This document shows positions 25,677-36,900 of a stretch of DNA of 64,000 nt, one piece after another. Made by a program: the position numbers and the translations under genes. How positions within the stretch are numbered: the first letter of the stretch is position 1; every line of letters begins with the position of its first letter. The notes below the pieces were generated by a model. The model had not been told where the DNA came from. It saw only the letters and a program-made list of their open reading frames with translations, and ran no database searches. This DNA comes from Monocercomonoides exilis PA203 (lineage: Eukaryota > Protista > Preaxostyla): assembly GCA_001643675.2 (NCBI GenBank), contig LSRY02000015.1:1302001-1366000 (forward strand), in the 5' to 3' direction.

Positions 25677-26850
25677 CTATTGACCCTTTCTAACTTTAGT
25701 AATTGCAGCTTGCTGCTTGATGGCTTGGACACAACGTGAAGCGTCTAAAGCAAATAATAGTAAGAAAAAAGCAAAATTTGAAAAAGGTTAAACATTAAAA
25801 AAGAAATAATCGACTCAAATTAGCAAACGGCATTCTTCACAAGCAATTTCAAGTGTACGGTCGTTTTTCAGAAGCTGAGTATGTGGAGATTTGCACGATT
25901 TGCACATGATATATTCCTCTGAAATATTCATTCGAAAAAAAAAATTAAGTACACATTTTTACATTAAGCATTCATATAATTTATAAAAGGAAACACACTA
26001 ATATATTCTTTGATAGTTTTCTCGACATTTCTTTCATGATAACGTTCTCTCAATGTCAAATGATTTTCTCCTGTTAAACTACCTTTACAAGCAAGTTCAG
26101 TAAATAAAAATTGCATGACATGATCCATTGGACGTCGAAGGCTGTTTACAAATAAAAAAAAAAAAAATAAATAAATAAAAACTTGCTTTAAGAAACCAAA
26201 AAATTACAAACATTTTGCAAATTTCTTCGAAGTTTGTAATAATGGTATTTCGTCCAGCATATTGAAGATTTAAAGACTTGAGGTGAAGAGTGCTCTTTGT
26301 TTCACGACTTTGAACAAGTTCAGGATGTTCTCTTTGCAAAATTTCAAATGCATGATCCAGCATCTGTATTTATATATTTCATTTAAAAAATATAAAAATT
26401 ACAATGAAATAACCTGATCATAAGTTAGAGGTTCAAGACGGGCCAATTTCAAAGCATTTCTTCTAAACGCCTTTCTACGTCCAAAAAGAGCTTTATAATA
26501 AAAAAAGAATGAATTAATATTCTAAAGACGCAAATTGCATCAATGCATACATGAAGTTGCAGTGCTGTTAACAGTTTCACCAGCAAAAAATGAAGAAGAA
26601 ACTGAAATCGGAACAACTGACGAAGGCACGGATGATGATGAAGCTTCAGCATTTGAATTTTCACCATCAAGATTTGCATTATCAGATCCTTGTTCGCTGA
26701 CTTTTGCTGTAAACACATGTCTACGTCTGTTGGGGCGCTTGAAAGATCCAAAGCGGCTGTACAGCTCAGAAATTACTGCAAAACAAAAAAATTTCTCAAA
26801 TAAAATATGAAAAAAAGCATACATTCTTTATTATCTTTCAATTCTGTCAT
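25677..26850 (-). CDS. EIF2S2: Translation initiation factor eIF2 beta subunit (eIF2B/eIF5 domain), divergent
   Basis: Spliced: MTELKDNK...|...LEPLTYDQ|MLDHAFEIL...TIITNFEEICK|LRRPMDHVMQFLFTELACKGSL...IKEYI|EYIMCKSCKSPHTQL...CEEC|HASRCVQAIK...KGQ*. Contains the C2-C2 zinc ribbon. Confidence 0.85.
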
Positions 26851-27051
26851 AATTCAAATACTTGATTTTTTAATCAATATTTCACTGATTATTTACGCCC
26901 ATTATTTATCTTTTTAATTTTTTCAAAAATCACTATTTCTATTTGTTAATCTTTTTGTTTTGAGACATAACATCATTATGAGTGAATAATTCTGTTTTTA
27001 ACAAATTAAAATTTTAATATGGGCATTTTTATAATTTTAAGTTGTTTGTAG

Positions 27052-30000
27052 ATGTCTGAAGATCATTTATCAAATCCTGAGATTTTTTCAGAAGCTGGCT
27101 ATAAAAAGTCAACAACATCATCCAACTTACAAAATTCTCAATTTTTTATTTCAACTGAAATCAAAGCTCCAATAATTTCTTTACAATCACGCCCGAAAAA
27201 TCCGGTAGATGTTATCGCAGCAGTTGATTTTAGTTCAAGTATTATTTCATTTTTATTTCTTTTCAAGTTATTGATGATTAACTAATTAGGCATGGGAAAT
27301 GATTTTTTCTCAAAACGATAGTTTGTCAAATCTGTCTTTGATATCAAATGCTTCATAACAAATTCGTTTATAGCTCAAAGCTTCGTCAAGTGCTTATTTG
27401 TCTAGAAAAAATAATTTCTGTTCTTGGTGAAGATGACCGCTTTGGTATTGTGTTATTTTCAGGCAAACCTCGAAAGTTAATTGATTTAACATTTTTGGAT
27501 CCCAAACGAAAGGTTTTTACTTTGAATGATAAAAAATTTTGAATTTAGCTGATTCGTTTTTTTTTCTTTCATTGTTTTTTTGAAAAAAATTTAATATTTT
27601 AGGAAGTTGTTATTGATACAATTATGACATTTTCAGAACAACCACAAGGAAGTACGAATATTCTTGATGGCTTAAATGCTGCATTGGAATTACTTGAAAA
27701 TAGCGAAATGTTTGAAGCATTTTAATATTTTTGGATCTTCATTTTATTTTTCTTTTCAAATTTAATGCTTGACAACTTTATTTTCAAAAAAAACAATCAA
27801 ACAGCCCACCAAAAACAGGGGCAATGAGACATACATACATTTGGCTTTTTTCTGATGGAATGGATGATTCCGTGCACAGAGAAACGGAATTTGGAATGAA
27901 AAAGCAGTCATTACGGGTTAATGATGGAATAGATCTGATTCAAAATCGGATTATGAAAGTGCTCAATCAACATGAATGCTGCAGATATTTGTGCGAAGAC
28001 TGGACACGCAACATGAATTATGATGCTGACGATGCGGCACTATCAAATTCGCTATCTCCAAAGACATCACCAGCTGCTTTTTCTTCCAATGCATCGTCAT
28101 CAAGCTCATCATTTATGTATTCGTCTTGCACCCGAATCTTCACTTTTGGATTTGGCCAGGAACACGACGATGTTCTCTTATCTCAGCTGGCAATGATCGG
28201 AAGAGGGAACTACTTCTACATTGACACAGAAGGCTCCTTTGTGGAGGCTGTTGTGGAGAGTCTGGTCAAGAAGCAGTATTCTCTTCTGCTGGATGGCGTG
28301 TGTGAAGTGCAACTAGACAGCGGATGGAGCGTTGAGGCACTGATTAGCGGTGGTGGTGGAGGAGGCAGTGGAGGAGGAGGTGGTGGTGGAGGCAATTTCA
28401 ACGATGAAGAGCAAGGAATGAGAGGAGGAAGAGAGGCGAAAAGCGGAATGAATGCGTCGAGCGGAAAACGAAATGTGAGTGACTCAAGGAAAGTGCACAT
28501 CGGAGACATGTATCCTGGAATGAGCCAAAAGATCGTTTTGAAAGTGGAACCAGATGCTTCTTCTTCGTCGTCTTCGTCTGAAGACGAGAAAGCCGCAGAA
28601 AGCAAAGCAGATACTGTTCCTCCACTGTCTGGCTGTGTTTTGTTCTATTCGGTCAATCCACTTACAGCTCGCCCAAACAAAACACAAGTTCATCGCTTCA
28701 GTTATGACTTCAATGAAATGGACGAGATGGTATGCACTTCAGACTGTCCTGTTGGATGTTTTGCTGTTTTGAAAGCAGAATTTGATGCAATTTGGATTCT
28801 TTTCATATTTCAGAAAATTTGTTTTTAATATAAATATACTTCGCTTTTTTTCTTTTTCTTTTTTCTTTCTATTTTTTTAACTGATTATTTGTGCCTGCTC
28901 TTATTATAAATATATTTATTTATTTACATCAATTCGCTTCAGTCACCCAGCAGTTCTCTTTACAAGAGCATAGAGATCAGCGACGCCATCACACGACAGT
29001 TGGTTCAGCTGAAGCATTCGTCAAAGTCAAAGAATGCAGACGGCTCAGCTAACCAGAAGAACTTGCGCTCTGGTGCCTTTGCGATGGTCTCGAGAAGCAT
29101 GTTTGACGGGATGGATGCATTTGATCCACAAGCACTAAATGAGTTGGCTTCTTCTTCTTCAGCTTCATCTGCATCTGCCTCATCTTCTTCTTCAGGCGAC
29201 TCAACAAACCAACTTTCGCGTTCTTCTTCTTCTGCAAATTTTGCCGAGCCATCGCCCTGGAACAAGCCGGGTGCGTTGCTTATGTCAACTGCCAATCCTC
29301 TGAATGAGCTGATTCAGCAGACAACAGACGGAGTAGTGAAGCATCTCGACGAGAGAAGGGCAACTGGATTTGACCCCCGGTCCAAGCAGAAATTGAGCAT
29401 ATACTCACAGATCATTAACCAGCAGAGCGAGAAGAGAAAAGGTATGTTCTTGGAGAAAATAATGACAATAACAATAATAATTTCTATTTTAAAATGCACA
29501 TGCCGAATTATTTTGTTTTTTGATAACTTTTTTTGATAAAAAGATTATTCGAGATTTATTTTTATTCATTTTTGTTGCAAAATCACACACTCTTTTTTTT
29601 TAAATTTCTCTTCATCAAATTTTTCAGCCTTCACCACCGACCGTCCCCCTTCCACCATGCGTCGTCCCTCTCAGCCACCACCTCCTCTGTCTTCGTCTTA
29701 TCTGTCTTCTTCGCGCTACCACAGCCGCATGCAGCACAGACAGCATTCATCTGGTGCCTCAACGCGCTCCCGAAACTCGCCCATTCCAGGCGAGTCGCGG
29801 GCCGCTACGCCTCTTCTTCCGATCTCTCCGTCTCAGACGCTGGACGAGACAAACAGCTCGGTCTTTGGGATGAATCTGACAGGCACAGCGCAGTTTGACA
29901 AGGACAGGCTGCTTGTGACTCCGAGGGAGCAGCAGATGACACACGAGGAAATCGCCTCGGTGATTCTGGGCTCGATCAAAGACGAGCAGGAGACACCGCC

Positions 30001-33000
30001 GCTGATCAAGGACACAGTGAAAGCAACGACTGAGGTGATGTGCGAGAAGGCTGTGAAGGAGCTTCAGGAGGAGATGAAGGAGAAGTTGCAGGAGCAGCTG
30101 AAGGAGGAAATGAAGGAGGAGATGAAAGAAGAGATGAAGGAAGAATTGAAAGAAGAATTGAAAACTGAAATGAAAGCAGAATTGAGTGAGAAAATGAGAG
30201 AAGAGATTGAGCAGGAGATGAAGAAGAACTTGACTGATGCTTTGGAAGAGGAGCTGGCGAAGGAGAGGCAGAAAAGAGCAGCGATGGAGGAGGCATATGC
30301 AATGGAGACAATTAAAAAGCAAGTGGAAGAAGAAGAAGAGAGAGAGCAAGACGACCAGCTCAGAAAGATGATAACAGCAGATTGGATGAGCAGAATGAAG
30401 AAAGAATGCATCGATGCGATCAGTGAGATCGAACATGTGAAGGAAATTGTGCTGAAAAGAGCAGGGCTGAAGAGGAGAAAAGTAATGGCCTGTTCGCCTG
30501 GAGAGGCACAGCAAGACAACGACTCGTCTGATGGCAATCGAATGCGCGTGAAGGAAAGCAGAGAACGGAAGCAGGCACGCAGCTCTCATCGAAGCTCACC
30601 TGACAGCGAAAGTGATTACTTGTTTGTGGATGGGGATGAGTGGATGGATGATCCAGATTATGGAGAAAGCGATGAAGATAGCACAACCAGTGCGAGGAGG
30701 AGTGGAAGGAGCAAATCGGAAAATGAGGGTAAAAATAATGGAGAGACAAACGGAACGACAGAAACACCAGCAGATTCTGCTTCCGCTCCCAATTCAAAAA
30801 CAGCATCACAACCAACCTCTGAAGCTGTCACTGAAAAAGCTCATTCGCATCTTCCAATCATCATCACTTTTGCAATCATTTGCTTTGTTTTGTTCTTTCT
30901 GTCGCTGGTTTCCTTTATCGTTGCTGCACCCATGCTGTTCAGCGGTACTGTGGTTTCTGGAGGCAATGCATTTACTCTGAAGAAGCCAATCGAAATGGTT
31001 AATGGCGAGTCAAGTGTGATGCTGGCATACAGCGAAAATGGCGCTCAAACATCCGCTTCAAGTGAGAAATTTGCGACAACGACATTGTCAATACCTCCTC
31101 CTTCTTCATCTTCGTCTTCTTTATTGTCTTCTCTTTTACACGAATCACATTCAAATTCATCTGATTCTCTTTCCACTTCATTTCTATCAAAAATTTTGCA
31201 TTTCTTAAGAAATAAAAGAAACAGTACTTTTTCTACTGATTCTCATCTTCCTACTCAATTCACTTCATTACCAGAATCTGTTCCTTCAAGACACTCACCA
31301 CACTCACCACATTCACCATCACATCATTCATCCACCACACCTTCTTCTTCCTCTGCATTCTCTATCAGCACTTCAATTCTTACACCTTCTCTCATTGCAC
31401 CGCCAAACACCTCGTTAAACATCTACTCGCCGATCAACATGAATGGCTTCTCAATTGAGAATACTAATATTCTTTCCAGATTCAGTGGTGAGATGGAGCC
31501 AAACCAGACACTTCGCTGGAGCGTTGGAAGCGGAATCATCACGTCTGCCGAGCAATTATCGTTGGTAACTGAAAAGCAGAATACTACAAGTCATCAACTT
31601 TCATTCACACAAAACACAATTAAAGCTGAAGCTGTTAGCTTTGCGTCAAGCGAAGGAGATGAAATTACTCAGTCTCAAACGGAAGCAGTCACACTTGCAT
31701 CGCCACTGATTTTACAAGGAGAAAAGCAAACGAACGGATATTTCTCGAATAGCGGTGATATGAATGAAACAGCAAGAGCGAACATAAATTACGATAAATC
31801 CATTAAAAATACTACCAAAAGTCCAAATGCTCATTTTCTCAATGCACAAACAGTTTTGACTGTCAATGGAAATACAGAAATGAATGGCTACGTGAACATC
31901 AACGATGAAACAGATAGCGAGGGAAATATCTTAAATAAAGGAAATCTGAATGTGAAAGGAAGCGCAGACATTCGGGGTGATACGACTGTTGCGGGAGACA
32001 TCAACACATCAGGAAACATCAACGCATCAGGAAATATCAGCACGTTAGGAAACATTGAAGGTCAAAAGGATCTGAAAATTAAAGGAGCTGCGGAATTTCG
32101 AAGTATTAGCACGGAGCAATCACTCGTTTCAAATGGAGAGTGTTCATTCAAACAGAATGTGTTCGCTTACTCTGCAATAAATGTTGGATTTGAAAGTCAA
32201 AGCGCTTCTTCTGGGTTTGAAACGGTTATCTCATTAAAAGGCAAAGCCAGTGCTGGAGATAGTGATATATTGACTGTGAAGGGAGATGCAGGGTTTGAAG
32301 GGAGCATGGGGATTGGAGAAGGGCTGGAGGTGGGAGGAGACGTGGTTGTTGGGAACAGCAGCGCCGGAGGAGGAAGCACTCTATCAGTGAATGGGGGAGT
32401 GGAGATCAAGAAGAGTGGAACAACAGGAAATGGGAATGCTAATGGAGAAGTTAATGGGAATGAGAATTCTAATGGGGATGTTAATGGGGTGCTTTCAGTT
32501 GAAGGGAAGAGCACTTTGAGTGGAGGAGCAGAGATTGGAGACCAACTGAATGTGGGCGTTTATTCATCTTCGACGTCATCAAATTCTTTTCATTCAATAT
32601 TTTCTGTTGAAGCTGTAAATGCATCAGATAGTACTGGAGCTTCTTTTGTCAAAGGTGAGGCGCAGTTTTCTGGAACATTTAATATTGTCAATGTTGTTGA
32701 TGACGCAAACCCTGACAATATTTTGGAGAAAGCTCACCTAAACGTCGAAGGGCATACAACCCTTGGGGATTCTGTGGATGTCAGCGGGACTTTTAATGTT
32801 GCTGGAATGTCTCGTCTGGCAAATGGCCAATCGATTCCTTCCTTCTTCAAAGGTGTCGTCACAAGCAACCCGCAAATAATTGCTTGTGGAAACTTTTCAG
32901 AGGCCTCGTTTTTGATTCAAGGGCAGCGTGTTGAAGACAGCGTTTCGTATCCTTCTTTGACAGATGTAGCATTTCTTGTCGATGGCGGAGTGGCAAGACC

Positions 33001-33363
33001 TTGTATGCTAGTTTTTATTGAATAGCTAATTTCAAAGTTTTTTCTTTTGCTTTTTCTTATTTGAATCAATTTGTATATATTTCTTTTTTTGAAATATTTA
33101 AAGGCCAAAACAGAGCCAATGGAATTGTAATGATCTGCAATAATTCAGGTGTTGAATCCACGACCGAAGACAAATGCAATGTCACAGACAATACTGTGCT
33201 TTCAGTGAAAACAACTGCAGCCGAATCATTCCTGGCTCTGTCTGTTGCAGGATTCGGAGACAACCCGTTGGATATTGGCTTTGGAGAAGAGTGTGCAGCC
33301 ACTACATATAATTCCAATCGCAAACAAAACAAAAAGCAACAAAACAAGAACAGCCATAAATGA
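27052..33363 (+). CDS. vWA-spike protein A: N-terminal vWA (MIDAS), coiled coil, single TM helix, C-terminal beta-helix/fibre-like repeats; 8 exons, about 1800 aa
   Basis: All splice junctions keep frame. VDVIAAVDFSSSM (DxSxS), GSTNI, IWLFSDG, IFTFGFG; (KEEM)n coiled coil; TM IIITFAIICFVLFFLSLVSFIVAA (~30855-30930); 6-residue repeats GDTTVA-GDINTS-GNINAS-GNISTL-GNIEGQ. Last exon 33104-33363. Confidence 0.8.
32251..32571 (+). repeat. 321-bp perfect inverted repeat, copy 1 (coding, in vWA-spike gene A)
   Basis: By base-by-base reading it is identical to the reverse complement of 34734-35054. Encodes AGDSDILTVKGDAG...QLNVGVYSSS. Confidence 0.97.
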
Positions 33364-33913
33364 AGGATCAATATTATTAAGCATAACAAAAATGCAATTT
33401 TGAAGTTAAGCATTTCGTAAAAGATATTCGTTTTGGTTTAAAAGTTTTTTTTCCGTTTTTCGTTGATTAATTATGTTTTGTTTATTGAATTATTTCCTCA
33501 TATTTTTACGTTTACGTCTTATGAATAAAACTAAATGAAAAGATGATTTATTAACAAAAAGTATAAAATTACCACTGAAAAGAAAACATCTTCTTCAAAG
33601 AAAAAGGAGTGTTCAATGAGATTCCTGCAAAAAATATTTACTGATGTAATTATTAGAGATTGAAGATGATCGATAATTAACAACAAAACCACATGCGATG
33701 ACTTTCGCTTCAAAAAACTTAAAAAGTTACAACTATCATTAAAAACGAAAGATATTAATAACTTTCAAAACGAAGCAAAAAATAAATCTTTAAACAAACA
33801 AAAAAAAAAAGCCAGATGAAGTGTTTTGAACGTAATCATTTTTTGGTTCAATGATAAAAATTTGTGAAATGAAAAATCTGACAGAGGACATTGCTTTTTG
33901 AAAGCATTATGAA

Positions 33914-36900
33914 TTATGATCCATTTTGTGAATCCAAATGATTTGAGTCATCATAACTTGATGGAATAGGCTCTGTATCAATAATATCTTCCTCTTCGTT
34001 ACTATTTGAAGAAACCGTTAAAGGTTCAACATCTGCTCTAATATCACTGATTCCTTCTTGCTCTTCAGAAAATAGAGTTGTTTGGATGATTGTGGAGTGG
34101 TCAGCAGAGCACGTGAATGAGATTACACTCTCGTTGGACATAGTTGTGTTGAAGTTGACTGGTGGTGTTCCACTCTTCGATATAACAGGTTCTGCATCAG
34201 GATCATTAACAATGACAGCAGCAGATTCAGTCTGCGGTCCATTTACAGTATGAAACGTTGTTTTTGTCACGTGGAGTACATAAGTCCTTGGCAAATGCGA
34301 AATAGAAATCTTTACGCTTCCTTGTGAGAAATAATGTGAAAAGAAGTTGCTCAGCGACTGAAGACTGGAGAAATCAGACTTCACAGTAAATGGAACACCA
34401 AAGTGAACAGCACCAGTAAATCGAGATGTTCCTTTGACAATTAAATTTGCATCTTTGTCCTCTTCCTCTGTTGCAACAGCATTCAAAATTACGCTTGCGC
34501 CAAATGTATTCCCACTTCCATTAGGAATGTTAATTCCAACTGAAAGAGTGTCAAATACCTTTGTTCCTTGCCCAATCACTGCAATGCCATCAACGAACAA
34601 GTCTCCCGCAACAGAGTTTCCATCAGCATCTGTCCCATTTTTCAGACGTGCACAACCTTCCACAACAAGATTCGCACTGTCTTGTTGTGTAAAATCAGGC
34701 TTTGAATTCAGCTTGATAACAGGTTTGAATGTTGAAGATGAATAAACGCCCACATTCAGTTGGTCTCCAATCTCTGCTCCTCCACTCAAAGTGCTCTTCC
34801 CTTCAACTGAAAGCACCCCATTAACATCCCCATTAGAATTCTCATTCCCATTAACTTCTCCATTAGCATTCCCATTTCCTGTTGTTCCACTCTTCTTGAT
34901 CTCCACTCCCCCATTCACTGATAGAGTGCTTCCTCCTCCGGCGCTGCTGTTCCCAACAACCACGTCTCCTCCCACCTCCAGCCCTTCTCCAATCCCCATG
35001 CTCCCTTCAAACCCTGCATCTCCCTTCACAGTCAATATATCACTATCTCCAGCATTTGCTAAGTTTTGTGAATTCGACGAATTCTTCTCAATGTTATTTG
35101 AAAGGGTAGATCCTGTAGATTGAATTACAACATTCCCAACAAAAGAAGACATTCCATTTACAGAAAGAATGTTTCCGCTGGAAGCTCCACTGGATCCTCC
35201 GAGTGATGTTGTTCCTTTTACAATCAAATTTGCATTTGTGTTTGAGTTTGGATTTAGTTCAATCACAGAAGCAGAAGGCGATGCTCCATTGCCTGATGGC
35301 ACAGACACTTTCAGTGAATCAGTTACAGTAACTTCCTTGCTTATTGTAGCCTTTCCTTTCACAGTAAGGTCATTTCCAATTGTTGTATCGTTTACAATCT
35401 GCAAATCATTTGCTGAAAGCTTGTCGTTTATTGAAAGCTCATTAACAGCAGCTTTGCCATCAACTGTAAGGTCTTTGGTGATGTGAGCAGTTCCATTAAC
35501 CTTCATCGAAGCAGCAAGTTTTCCAGAAGCATCATTACTCACTTCTACAGACCAAGCAGAACTGAATGCTGGAGATTGCCCGTTTGTGTGCTGCCCAACA
35601 TTCAAAGAGTCCGATATCTTTGCTTCACCCAGCGCCGTTAATGAATTTGTGGTCAAAGGATCTTCAACAGTAAGTTGTTTGATAGTTGTTGCACCTTTCA
35701 GACTTGTCGTACCATTAACAGTTAAAGAACCGCCAACCAAAACGTTTCCGTTCACTTGCTCGTTTCCTTCAATAGTCACATCTGAATGTATTGTCGTAAC
35801 GCCTCCCACATCAACAGAAGAATGGAGAATCGCTTTGCCATCAACCGAAAACTGTCCTTCATTTGCATTTCCTTGCGAATCCGTGCTATTCATTACATGA
35901 GCGCTTCCTCTGACAACGAAGTCCTCTGCTTCCTCGTCTGAGTTGAGTGCCACAACCACGTTCCTCTTAGTTTCTGTGAGTGAGCCAACAAGCAATGGAC
36001 CGTTGACAAATGTGTTGCGGAAGTTCTGATTATCCGCTTCGAGATAAGATGCATGTATCTGAAAGGCTGTAAAGTTGTGCGCATAAACCATTCCATCCCC
36101 AACTTCAAACAGATGCTTCCTTTCAGAATCATCCGTAGTTGTAGCATGAAATTGTTCATTGCTTCTCTGTGTTGAAATATATTTATTTGGCTGATTACTC
36201 AAATCCCATTCTTTTCTCGGTGTTTTCGATGCTGTTTGCTTATACGAACCAGACTTTGTACAAGCAAGCGGAAGTAAAGCAGCTGACATGGCTTGCATAG
36301 AGACAGACGCAGCACTTGAGGATATATCGCCAACAGTCAAGCCAGAAGCACTTAGTATCTTTGAACTGCCAATCGGAGACAGAACAGAAGATATCGACAG
36401 CATCCCTCCTCCAAACAGCAACGCCCATCCAACAACCACAGCGCTAATAACAACTACGCTAAGCACAATCCACAAGATCACACACAGTCCTGTTCCAAGC
36501 GACGACTGCCTCACATTCTTGTCCCACCATCGGAAGAAACATGTTGGCTGCTTTTCCGAGTCCTTATTCAACTGTGCGAATGGAGATGTGGCAGAGTCAC
36601 CAGAGGGAACGGGAGTTGTCTGAGCTGCCGAAGAATCCATTTCTCCGTTACGATCGGCAGCGGAAGGTGTAGGCATTGAAGGAAACTCCTGATCTGGATC
36701 AGCCTCAGACGGCTCAAAAAGCGAGTCGTCTTCACCCTCCATTGAGCCATTACATTCAGAGTCGTTTTCCTCGTTTGCATCATCATCGAGATCGCGTGGC
36801 AGAGGTGCTCCTTTCAAACGTTGCATTGCACGTGGTTGAGGAGCGAATTGTGGCTCAGTGTCGAAATGCTCTATTGTTTCGTCGTCTCCAAATCCATTGC

